Position numbers and translations under genes: made by a program. DNA of 28,803 nt, from NCBI GenBank assembly GCA_964453345.1, contig CAYVOC010000014.1, positions 10,634 to 39,436 on the forward strand. Direction: 5' to 3'. The number at the start of each line of letters is the position of its first letter. Positions within the stretch are counted from its first letter, which is position 1. The stretch is from an uncultured Aquificales bacterium (GTDB lineage: Bacteria > Thermosulfidibacterota > Thermosulfidibacteria > Thermosulfidibacterales > Thermosulfidibacteraceae). Of this stretch, positions 20,718 through 28,803 are shown piece after piece. Under the pieces are notes generated by a model. It was given only the letters and a program-made list of their open reading frames with translations. It did no database searches and was not told the origin of the DNA.

Positions 20718-20797
20718 TATATAATTATCATATTTTCTAAGCAATCATAGTAAAATTTATAAAAGGGGAAAATTGATAAGAAGTAAAAGAAAAAAAA

Positions 20798-21862
20798 TTA
20801 CCTGGACAGGGACAGGATACACCCTATGGACAGGTAGCAGGCTAAGGTGGCGGATCCGCCGTAGCTCATGAGGGGCAGGGGAACTCCCACCACGGGCAGT
20901 GCCCCCATGGTCATGCCCATGTTTATAAGGGCGTGCCAGAAGAAGATGGAGCCGAGGGCTATGATGCTGTAGAACTCGTATAACCCCTTTGCCTTCTGGG
21001 CAAGCTCCGCGATCTTCAGAAAGAGCATTACATAGAGGGATACGAGCACAAGCACACCCACAAAGCCGAAGGATTCGGCGAGGCTTGCGAATATAAAGTC
21101 CGTGTATTCTTCGGGCATGAATCCTAAAATGGCTTGGGACGCCTTCATGTAGCCCTTGCCCGTGAGCCTGCCTGAGCCTATGGCTATTCTGGACTGTATA
21201 ACATGGTATCCTATGGATGTTCGGTATTTCTTGGGGTTTAGAAAGGCCCTTATGCGGTTCTTCTGGTATTCCTTCAGGATGTGGGTCCATCCGAAGTAGG
21301 AGACGGCGATGGCCACCACAATTGCGGCTACGAGAACCCTCTTTCTGATCCCGGCTACGGATGCAACGGTCAGGGCCATGAGTATGAATATGAGGGAGGT
21401 GCCGAGGTCCGGCTGTATCAGCACCAGTCCGAACATGGGAAGGGCTGCGACAAAGACCATTATCACCTCGGAGAATCCCAAGGGTATTCTCCCCGCATCT
21501 GTGAGCTTTTCGAATATCAGACCTAAAAGCAGCCCGAAGGATACCTTGGCAAATTCGGAGGGCTGAAATCTGAAAGAGCCTATGGCGAGCCATCTTTGGG
21601 CGCCCTTGGATGAGTGCCCGGCGATGATGACAAGGGTCAAAAGTATCAGCATGGCCACATAAATGGTCGGGGTCCACTCCTTCAGCCTGTTTTTGTCCGA
21701 GAATTTGAGAATGGCGAGCATGCTCGTTATGCCCAGGATGTGCCAGACAAGCTGTCTTTTGAAGTAATACATGTCCAGCCCGGCCAGGGTGAGCAGTCCT
21801 ATGCCCGATATGAGCCAGAAGGGTATGAGTATGGTGATATCCGATCTCTTTCTCGCCGCCAT
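20798..21862 (-). CDS. rodA: Rod shape-determining SEDS glycosyltransferase RodA
   Basis: 'GAQRW', 'FQPSEFAK', 'QPDLGT', 'YQKNRI', 'TDFIF', 'GVPLPLMSYGG'; downstream of mrdA. Confidence 0.96.
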   Translation of the reverse strand: MAARKRSDITILIPFWLISGIGLLTLAGLDMYYFKRQLVWHILGITSMLAILKFSDKNRLKEWTPTIYVAMLILLTLVIIAGHSSKGAQRWLAIGSFRFQPSEFAKVSFGLLLGLIFEKLTDAGRIPLGFSEVIMVFVAALPMFGLVLIQPDLGTSLIFILMALTVASVAGIRKRVLVAAIVVAIAVSYFGWTHILKEYQKNRIRAFLNPKKYRTSIGYHVIQSRIAIGSGRLTGKGYMKASQAILGFMPEEYTDFIFASLAESFGFVGVLVLVSLYVMLFLKIAELAQKAKGLYEFYSIIALGSIFFWHALINMGMTMGALPVVGVPLPLMSYGGSATLACYLSIGCILSLSR

Positions 21863-21863
21863 T

Positions 21864-23675
21864 TTAGAGCAGCCCCCTGTATTTCAGATACTCCTTTATT
21901 ACCTCCCTTGCTATTGGGGCGGCGGCCGAGGATCCGTGCCCCCCGTGCTCCACCACCACGGCCACTGCAATTACGGGCCTCTCAAAGGGCGCAAAGGCCA
22001 CAAACCACGCATGCTCCATGTATCTTTTTACGGTGATCCTTTTGCCCTTTTTGTATTTCTCTTCCACTTTGCTTGATACCACCTGGGCGGTGCCCGTTTT
22101 TCCCGCCACTTTTACTCCCTTTATCCTTGCGGTCCAGTGGGCGGTTCCCTTCTTTTCCTCAACAACACCCAGCATGGCTCTTCTCACGGTTCGGATCACC
22201 CATCGGGGAACGGGAAGTCTTTTTTTGGGAGGCCTTGCGTATCTGTTGAGGTGGGGTTTCACCACGTATCCCCCGTTGGCGAAGGCGGAGGCCATCACCG
22301 CAAGCTGCAGGGGGGTCACCAGCAGATACCCCTGTCCTATGGCGTAGGAGAGGGTCTCTCCCGGATACCAGGGCTGGTGCAGAACCCTTCTCTTCCACCG
22401 CCTTGTGGGGACCACTCCCCCTTTTTCTCCCGGCAGATCCACCCCTGTTCTTTTGCCCAGGCCGAACATGAAGGCGTATTTGCTGATAAGGTCGTTACCA
22501 AGCTTTAGCCCGAGATCGTAAAAAAAGGTGTCGCAGGATTCCACTATGGCTTTGTGAACATCCACCCATCCGTGTCCGGCCCTCTTCCAGCACCTGTAGA
22601 ATCTGTTGCCGAACTTCATGCCGCCGGGGCAGAAGACCTTTGATTTTGTGGTTATTTTCCCCTCTGTTAGACCGGCTGTTGCCACCACAAGCTTGAAGGT
22701 GGATCCCGGGGGGTATAGACCCGCTATGGCCCTGTTGGTTAAGGGATGCTCCGGGTTCTTCAGGATTCGCAGCCACTTTCTGTAGGGGATCCCTCTGGGA
22801 AACAGGTTGGGATCATAGGATGGGGAGCTATACATGGCAAGAACCTCGCCGGTGTTGGGGTCCAAGGCCACCACGGCGCCGGTTTTGCCCTTGAATAATT
22901 CCGCGCATCTTTTCTGCAGGGGCAAAAGCAGTGTGGTTATCAGGTCCCTTCCCCTTTCCGGAAGGGATCTGCTCAGCATCCTTATGCGGTGTCCCCTTGC
23001 GTCAACCTCCCATTCCTCCCAGCCTCCCGTTCCCCTGAGTTCGTCGTCGTATTCAAGCTCAAGCCCCGTTTTGCCCACCAGCTCTCCCGAGTATCTCTTG
23101 CCGGACGCCACCTGCTTCTCCGTCGCCTCTCCCACGTATCCCACCACATGGGCGAAGAGGGAGCCGTAGGGGTATGTCCTTATCCAGGATGAATCTATGT
23201 ATATGCCGGGAAGCATCCACTCCATGCTCTTTATCAGCGCCACCTCTGAGTCGGTCAGATTCCTCTTTATAAGCAGCTGGTCAAAGGGGCTTCTTCTCGC
23301 CCTTCTCAGTCTTTTTATCAGGTCCTCCGGGTCTACTTTGAGTCTTCTGACGAGGAACCTGAAGGTTGGGTGATCCTCTATTCTGCCCCTGAAGCCCTTG
23401 AAGAAATAATGGGGAATTATGTAGAGGTCGAAGGAGGGAACGTCTGTTGCGAGCTTGTTGCCTTCCCTGTCAAGTATGTCTCCCCTTCTCGCAAAGGTTC
23501 TGTAGTAGCGGGTTTTGTTTCTCTTGGAGGCCTCATAATAGTAGTTTCCCTTTATTATCTGCAGGTTGAAGGCGAAACCCAGAATGAGCAGCAGAAACCC
23601 GGCTACGGACAGGCGCACTATGGCCTGCAGCCGCTTCTTTAAATGCTTGAAACGCTCTTCTCTGCCTAAGGGCAC
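21864..23675 (-). CDS. mrdA: Penicillin-binding protein 2
   Basis: N-terminal TM, 'RGDILDREG', SxxK (GSTFK), SxD (SCD), KTG (GKTGTAQ). Confidence 0.96.
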   Translation of the reverse strand: MPLGREERFKHLKKRLQAIVRLSVAGFLLLILGFAFNLQIIKGNYYYEASKRNKTRYYRTFARRGDILDREGNKLATDVPSFDLYIIPHYFFKGFRGRIEDHPTFRFLVRRLKVDPEDLIKRLRRARRSPFDQLLIKRNLTDSEVALIKSMEWMLPGIYIDSSWIRTYPYGSLFAHVVGYVGEATEKQVASGKRYSGELVGKTGLELEYDDELRGTGGWEEWEVDARGHRIRMLSRSLPERGRDLITTLLLPLQKRCAELFKGKTGAVVALDPNTGEVLAMYSSPSYDPNLFPRGIPYRKWLRILKNPEHPLTNRAIAGLYPPGSTFKLVVATAGLTEGKITTKSKVFCPGGMKFGNRFYRCWKRAGHGWVDVHKAIVESCDTFFYDLGLKLGNDLISKYAFMFGLGKRTGVDLPGEKGGVVPTRRWKRRVLHQPWYPGETLSYAIGQGYLLVTPLQLAVMASAFANGGYVVKPHLNRYARPPKKRLPVPRWVIRTVRRAMLGVVEEKKGTAHWTARIKGVKVAGKTGTAQVVSSKVEEKYKKGKRITVKRYMEHAWFVAFAPFERPVIAVAVVVEHGGHGSSAAAPIAREVIKEYLKYRGLL

Positions 23676-24655
23676 AGCCTCTCCTTTACAAAGTTGCGTA
23701 TCTCTTCCGGCAGATCGGTCTTCTGGTCTATGACGACAATCTCAAGCTCCTCTTTAATTTTTCGGGGAAATTTTACAAAGTCCTTCATGGTGGTCAGCAC
23801 GGGATGCCTTATGCCGGCGAAGTCTCTTTCTGTGTATCTGTGGTGATCGGGAAAAAATCTCTTTTCAATGATTCTGACGCCCTTGAGCCTTTTTGTGAAG
23901 TGATCGGGGTTGGCTATTGCCGTCACCACAACCGCAGCTTTTGGTAGATTCTCGCACAGGGGAGCGGGGTTGTAAAAGAACACCGGCCTTTTCACCGCTT
24001 TTTCGATTCCCTCCAAAAATCGAAGGCCCTTTCCCTTTGTTATTACCAAGGCATCCGCCCTGAGCATGGCCTCCGGCGGTTCCCTCAGGGGACCTGCCGG
24101 AAAGAGTTTCCCGTTTCCGAAGCCCCTTGAGGCATCTATCAGGCAGAAATCCAGGTCCCTGGCGATCCTCAGGTGCTGGAACCCGTCGTCCAGTATGGCC
24201 ACATGGGGCCTATGGGGTGCCAGAAGTTCGAAGGCCCTTGCCCTGTCCTTCCCCACCGCAACCATGGCCCTTGTCTTCAGGGCTATCAGGTAGGGTTCAT
24301 CCCCTGCCTCTTCAACCTCCACCTCAGGGCCGTTTCCCACAGAGACAATCAAAGGCTTTGAGGATTTTCTTTTATATCCCCTGGAAAGAACGGCGACCCT
24401 TAGCCCGAGCTCGGTCAGAAAGTTGGAAAGCCCTATCACAAAGGGGGTCTTCCCCGTGCCTCCGAGGGTTAAGTTGCCCACGCTTATGGTGAAGCAGGGC
24501 AGGCGCTTTGCCTTAAAAACGCCGGCTCTGTAGGCGAGGGTCCTTGCCCTCACCCCCAGGGAGTAGAAAAAAGAAAAGGGGGTAAGCAGCCCGTAGATCC
24601 AGTGGCTGTCATACCCCCAATTGTTCAGATCAGGAAGAGATGCTTTTAAGGGCAT
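23666..24655 (-). CDS. lpxK: Tetraacyldisaccharide 4'-kinase
   Basis: 'SVGNLTLGGTGKTP', 'LSRGY', 'GDEP', 'LDDGFQH', 'PAGPLRE', 'FPDHH', 'TTMKD'. Confidence 0.95.
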   Translation of the reverse strand: MPLKASLPDLNNWGYDSHWIYGLLTPFSFFYSLGVRARTLAYRAGVFKAKRLPCFTISVGNLTLGGTGKTPFVIGLSNFLTELGLRVAVLSRGYKRKSSKPLIVSVGNGPEVEVEEAGDEPYLIALKTRAMVAVGKDRARAFELLAPHRPHVAILDDGFQHLRIARDLDFCLIDASRGFGNGKLFPAGPLREPPEAMLRADALVITKGKGLRFLEGIEKAVKRPVFFYNPAPLCENLPKAAVVVTAIANPDHFTKRLKGVRIIEKRFFPDHHRYTERDFAGIRHPVLTTMKDFVKFPRKIKEELEIVVIDQKTDLPEEIRNFVKERLCP

Positions 24656-27269
24656 CTTCTATGCGGGCCTTTTTCTCCTCAAGCTCCGCCTTTATGGCAC
24701 GCTCCTTCTCCACCACCTCCTTGGGAGCCTTCTCAAGGAAGTTTTTGTTGGAAAGCTTCTTATTCACCCTCTCAAGCTCCTTTTCCACCTTCTTCAGCTC
24801 CCGGGTGAGCCTCTCCTTCTCCTTCTCAAAGTCTATGATGTCCCCTAAGGGCACATAGACCTCGCAGTCTGAAACCACCCTCATGGCTGACTTTTCGGGC
24901 CTTACAGCGTCTTCCTTCACCTCAAGCTCCTCAAGGAAGGCAAGCCCCTTGACATAATCAGCATACTCCTCAAGCAGAGACTTCTTTTCATCTAAAGCTT
25001 TCACGATGGCCTTTATCCTTTTGGTGAGGGCGATTCCCATATCAGCCTTAACATTCCTTATTGCCGCCACCACATCCATTATGAAGGACATGTCCCTTTC
25101 CGCATCCTCGTCGATCCACTGGCTTTCCGGCTTGGGGAAGGACTCAAGGAGGATGCTTTCCTTTTTATCAATGGGAAGCTTTTGTCTTATCTCCTCCGTA
25201 ACAAAGGGCATCACAGGGTGGGCGCACCTCAGAAGCACATCAAAGACATGCACCAAGATATTCTGGACGATGCGCCTTCTTTCGGCATCGTCCCCGTAGA
25301 GGTCCTTCTTGGAGATCTCTATATACCAGTCGCAGAACTCGTGCCAGGTGAAGTTGTATATGGCGGAGGCATACTCGTCAAACTCATACTCGTTGAGGGC
25401 GCGGTTCACATCCTCCACCATGCGGTTGAGCCTGCTCAGAATCCACCTGTCGGCAAGCTCCAGCTTCTCCCTCTCAAGCTCGACCTGCAAGAAGCCCTCA
25501 AGGTTCATGAGCACGAACCTTGCGGCGTTCCATATCTTGTTCACAAAGTTCCTGTAAGCCTCTATCTTCTTTTCCGAAAGCCTTATGTCCCTTCCCTGGG
25601 CGGCGAGTATGGCGAGGGTGAAGCGCAGGGCATCGGTCCCGTATTTCTCCATCATGTCCAGGGGGTCAATCACATTACCCCTGGTCTTGCTCATCTTCTG
25701 GCCCTTCTCGTCCCTTATCAGGGCGTGGATGTAAACGTCCCTGAAGGGCACATCCCCCATGAATTTTAGGCCCATCATCATCATACGGGCGACCCAGAAG
25801 AAGAGAATGTCAAATCCCGTCACAAGGCAGCTTGTGGGATAAAACTTTTCTAAGGTTTTTGTCCTTTCGGGCCAGCCCATGGTGCCGAAGGGCCAGAGGG
25901 CCGACGAGAACCAGGTGTCAAGCACATCGCTGTCCTGCTCAATATTGGCGCTTCCGCAGTGGAGGCACCTGTCCAGGTCCTCCCTGCTAACGGAGATCTT
26001 GCCGCAGTCCCTGCAATACCACGCAGGGATCCTGTGTCCCCACCATATCTGGCGGGAGATGCACCAGTCCCTGATGTTCCTCATCCACTCAAAGTAAACC
26101 TTTGTCCAGCGCTCGGGGATAATCCGGGTTCTGCCTTCCTCAACGGCCTTTATAGCGGGCTCCGCCAGGGGCTTCATCTTCACGAACCACTGGGTTGAAA
26201 CATAGGGTTCAATAACCGTGTGGCACCTGTAGCAGTGCCCCACAGAATGCCTGTAGGGCTCCACCTTCTCAAGAAGCCCCTGCTCTTCAAGCTCCTTCAC
26301 TATGGCCTTCCTCGCTTCGTATCTGTCCATGCCTGCGAACTTTCCGGCAAGCTCGTTCATGGTGCCGTCGGGGTTCATCACGCATATAACATCCAAGTTG
26401 AAGCGCTTTCCTATCTCAAAGTCGTTGGGATCATGGGCGGGGGTTATCTTCAAGGCTCCCGTTCCGAATTCCGGATCAACGTAAGGATCTGCTATCACGG
26501 GGATTTTTCTGTTGACAAGGGGCAGAATCACATTCTTGCCCACAAAATCCTTATACCTTTCGTCCTCGGGGTTCACCGCAACGGCGGTGTCCCCCAGCAT
26601 GGTTTCGGGACGGGTGGTGGCGACGGTTATATATCCGCTTCCGTCCTCCAGGGGATACCTTATATACCAGAGGTTTCCGTCCTTCTCCTCGTATTCCACC
26701 TCGAGGTCGGACAGAGCCGTGAGACATCTGGGGCACCAGTTGACGATGTATTTGTCCTTGTAGATGAGCCCCTCCTCGTAGAGGCGGACGAAGACCTCCC
26801 TTACCGCCCTTGAGAAGCCCTCGTCCATGGTGAACCTGAGCCTCTCCCAGTCGCAGGAGCAGCCGAGCCTCTTTAGCTGCTCAACGATGTAGTTTCCGTA
26901 TTTCTCCTTCCACTCCCAGACCTTCTCTATGAACTTCTCCCTTCCCAGTTCCCAGCGGGTTTTGCCCTCCTTCGCCAGCTCCCTTTCCACAACGGTCTGG
27001 GTGGCGATACCTGCGTGATCCGTTCCCGGCATCCAGAGGACGTTGTAGCCCTCCATCCGCTTCCAGCGGCACAGGATATCCTGCAGGGTGGCGTTAAGGG
27101 CGTGCCCCATGTGCAGGGAGCCCGTCACATTGGGAGGAGGGATGACTATGGAGTAGGTGGGGCGGGTGTCGTCGTTTTCGTCTGCGTGAAAGAGCCTCTT
27201 TTCAATCCAGAAGCTGTTCCACTTCTCTTCAACGTCCTTAGGATTGTATACCTTGGGTAGCTGCATCAT
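24630..27269 (-). CDS. valS: Valine--tRNA ligase
   Basis: 'PPPNVTGSLHMGH', 'DHAGIATQ', 'ATTRPET', 'DWCISRQIWWGH', 'KMSKT', C-terminal coiled coil. ATG 27269/27266 preferred over GTG 27278 by SD position. Confidence 0.98.
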   Translation of the reverse strand: MMQLPKVYNPKDVEEKWNSFWIEKRLFHADENDDTRPTYSIVIPPPNVTGSLHMGHALNATLQDILCRWKRMEGYNVLWMPGTDHAGIATQTVVERELAKEGKTRWELGREKFIEKVWEWKEKYGNYIVEQLKRLGCSCDWERLRFTMDEGFSRAVREVFVRLYEEGLIYKDKYIVNWCPRCLTALSDLEVEYEEKDGNLWYIRYPLEDGSGYITVATTRPETMLGDTAVAVNPEDERYKDFVGKNVILPLVNRKIPVIADPYVDPEFGTGALKITPAHDPNDFEIGKRFNLDVICVMNPDGTMNELAGKFAGMDRYEARKAIVKELEEQGLLEKVEPYRHSVGHCYRCHTVIEPYVSTQWFVKMKPLAEPAIKAVEEGRTRIIPERWTKVYFEWMRNIRDWCISRQIWWGHRIPAWYCRDCGKISVSREDLDRCLHCGSANIEQDSDVLDTWFSSALWPFGTMGWPERTKTLEKFYPTSCLVTGFDILFFWVARMMMMGLKFMGDVPFRDVYIHALIRDEKGQKMSKTRGNVIDPLDMMEKYGTDALRFTLAILAAQGRDIRLSEKKIEAYRNFVNKIWNAARFVLMNLEGFLQVELEREKLELADRWILSRLNRMVEDVNRALNEYEFDEYASAIYNFTWHEFCDWYIEISKKDLYGDDAERRRIVQNILVHVFDVLLRCAHPVMPFVTEEIRQKLPIDKKESILLESFPKPESQWIDEDAERDMSFIMDVVAAIRNVKADMGIALTKRIKAIVKALDEKKSLLEEYADYVKGLAFLEELEVKEDAVRPEKSAMRVVSDCEVYVPLGDIIDFEKEKERLTRELKKVEKELERVNKKLSNKNFLEKAPKEVVEKERAIKAELEEKKARIEDALKSISS

Positions 27270-27570
27270 TTTCCTCACCCTCTTCAGGTTTTGTTTGTGG
27301 AGTATGGGCTGTTGATACCATCTTTTCCAGCTCCTTGATCTTCTTGTCCCTCTTTCTGATCTCCATCCTGAGCCTCAGCTGTTCACTTATCACCATTATC
27401 CAGGCGACGGCCACGCCCACAAGCAGCGTGAGGTATAGCATAACGAACAGGGGAACATCGGGGGTTTTGTAGAAGTAGAAATCAAGGTGCACCGGGGTCA
27501 TATTCCTGAGGGCAAAGGCCACCAGCAGGAAGATGATGATAAGCCCTATCAATAGCCTGAGTATGATCAT
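27238..27570 (-). CDS. LapA family (lipopolysaccharide assembly protein A domain) membrane protein
   Basis: 'FALRNMTPVHLDF...PL' between two TM helices, followed by a basic coiled coil. Confidence 0.75.
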   Translation of the reverse strand: MIILRLLIGLIIIFLLVAFALRNMTPVHLDFYFYKTPDVPLFVMLYLTLLVGVAVAWIMVISEQLRLRMEIRKRDKKIKELEKMVSTAHTPQTKPEEGEENDAATQGIQS

Positions 27571-27573
27571 CTG

Positions 27574-28065
27574 CTACCTCCGGGTTGCTTTTGTGAATCT
27601 TTCCCGTAGCTTTCTGTAGGTTGCAATCAGATGCTCGGGGATAACCTTCACATCTGCGAGAACCGGCATGAAGTTGGTGTCCCCGTTCCAGCGGGGAACG
27701 ATGTGCAGATGCACGTGGGTTTCAAGGCCGGCTCCGGCGACCTTGCCGAGATTGATCCCTAAGTTGTATCCGTCCGGGTTCATTTCGGAGTCCAGAATCT
27801 CGGTGCATAGGGCTGCAAGCTCCATCATTTCGCACTGCTCTTCCTTGGTAAGCTCCCTTAGACTGCCCACGTGCCTGTAGGGGACCACCATCAGATGGCC
27901 CGGGTTGTAGGGAAATCTGTTCATGATAACGAAACAGACCTTTCCCCTGTGCAGCACCAGATTCTCTTCCGATGGCTCCTGCCGTGCGGCTTCGCACAGG
28001 AAGCATCCGTCCCTTTTATCCGACAGGATGTATTCTATCCTCCAGGGCGCCCAGATCTGCTTCAT
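27574..28065 (-). CDS. HIT family hydrolase (Ap4A hydrolase/phosphorylase-like)
   Basis: 'WAPWRIEYI', CxxC, 'NRFPYNPGHLMVVP', histidine triad 'HVHLHIVPRW.GD.NFM'. Confidence 0.93.
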   Translation of the reverse strand: MKQIWAPWRIEYILSDKRDGCFLCEAARQEPSEENLVLHRGKVCFVIMNRFPYNPGHLMVVPYRHVGSLRELTKEEQCEMMELAALCTEILDSEMNPDGYNLGINLGKVAGAGLETHVHLHIVPRWNGDTNFMPVLADVKVIPEHLIATYRKLRERFTKATRR

Positions 28066-28104
28066 TGCCTTCCCCCCGAAAAATTAAAGGGCAAGGGCTT
28101 ATTA

Positions 28105-28803
28105 TCACAGACGGGAGACAAAATCCACAATAAGCTCTGCAAGCTCTGCGGGTCTTTCCACCTGAAGCATGTGCCCTGCACCATCAATCACCTTCAGGGT
28201 TGAGGAGGGGATAAGTTCCTTGAGCTTCTGAGAGAGCTTGAGGGGAGTCATCACATCCTCTGATCCCACCGCTATGAGCACGGGAACCTGTGCCTTTTTG
28301 CAGTATTCTTCCCCGCTGAATCTGTCACAGGCTGCAAAGTCCTTGACCACAACATCAGGCCTTGCGCTGCAGAATATGGATTCCACAAATTCTCTGATCT
28401 CTTCGGGAGCACCCTTTGCCACCGCCCATCCGGCGATCTTTTTGCACATGGAAGCGGGATCCTTCTGCAGGCCCTCTATAATGGCGGGATTGACCTTCAG
28501 TTTTGCTCCCGTTGAGACAAGAACCGCTCCCTTCAGCCAGGAAGGATTGTCTGCAAGCAGCTTCTGCACAATGGCTCCGCCCATGGAGTGCCCCACAAGC
28601 ACCGCGGCTTCAGGCCCTGCATCCTCCACCCTATCCTTAACCCACCGGGCATACTCCTCTATGGAATCTGCTCCATCTCCCGGGGTGTCTCCGTGTCCCG
28701 GAAGCTCCAAGGGCAGAGTTTTCCCCTCAATATGCTCCAGCAAAGGTGCCCACACCTTTTTATTGTTCCCTGCTCCGTGCACAAAAACCAGTGTGTATTC
28801 CAT
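28105..28803 (-). CDS. Alpha/beta fold hydrolase
   Basis: 'FVHGAG', 'LPGHG', nucleophile elbow GHSMGG, 'G.ED', 'AGH'; ATG lies at the window edge, so the true start is uncertain. Confidence 0.9.
   Translation of the reverse strand: MEYTLVFVHGAGNNKKVWAPLLEHIEGKTLPLELPGHGDTPGDGADSIEEYARWVKDRVEDAGPEAAVLVGHSMGGAIVQKLLADNPSWLKGAVLVSTGAKLKVNPAIIEGLQKDPASMCKKIAGWAVAKGAPEEIREFVESIFCSARPDVVVKDFAACDRFSGEEYCKKAQVPVLIAVGSEDVMTPLKLSQKLKELIPSSTLKVIDGAGHMLQVERPAELAELIVDFVSRL

Noticed and set aside
20715-20765. Archaeal TATA-box-like strings (TTATATA, TTTATAAA) upstream of the RAMP-prefoldin operon
   Set aside because: Expected by chance in such an AT-rich tract, no convincing BRE, and a bacterial -35/-10 pair explains the region better.
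18173-20797. CRISPR array or mini-array accompanying the RAMP-like gene
   Set aside because: No repeated 25-40 nt unit with spacers was seen in either flanking intergenic region or elsewhere in the window by eye.
20757-21677. 306-aa alternative-frame ORF over rodA
   Set aside because: Same-strand overlap with a clear rodA; Arg/His-rich composition typical of an off-frame translation.
28066-28104. Possible hairpin between the hydrolase and HIT genes
   Set aside because: Pairing is weak and imperfect, and part of it is simply the SD of the HIT gene.

Overview
Gene-dense chromosomal window from a diderm bacterium (it has lpxK, a TolC and a LapA-like gene). The Glu/Lys/Arg-rich proteins suggest a thermophile, which is inference. 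The + strand carries argS, a SPOR-domain gene and a periplasmic-binding-fold/LpoA-like gene. These are followed by a TetR-led efflux cassette (one TolC, two membrane-fusion proteins, a YbhFSR-like ABC exporter and an EmrB-like MFS) that runs without a gap into tig-clpP-clpX-lon. The - strand carries an alpha/beta hydrolase, HIT hydrolase, LapA-like gene, valS, lpxK, mrdA and rodA. Between the two converging housekeeping blocks (18208-20797) is a lower-GC five-gene operon, the most unusual feature of the window. It encodes a compact, motif-degenerate Csm5-like RAMP (Cas7 group) with no other cas genes or CRISPR array in the window, an archaeal-type prefoldin alpha, a truncated prefoldin-beta-like mini-protein, a membrane-anchored beta-sandwich protein and a ~4-TM membrane protein, behind an AT-rich promoter region with two palindromes. 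All calls come from motif recognition by eye; no searches were run.
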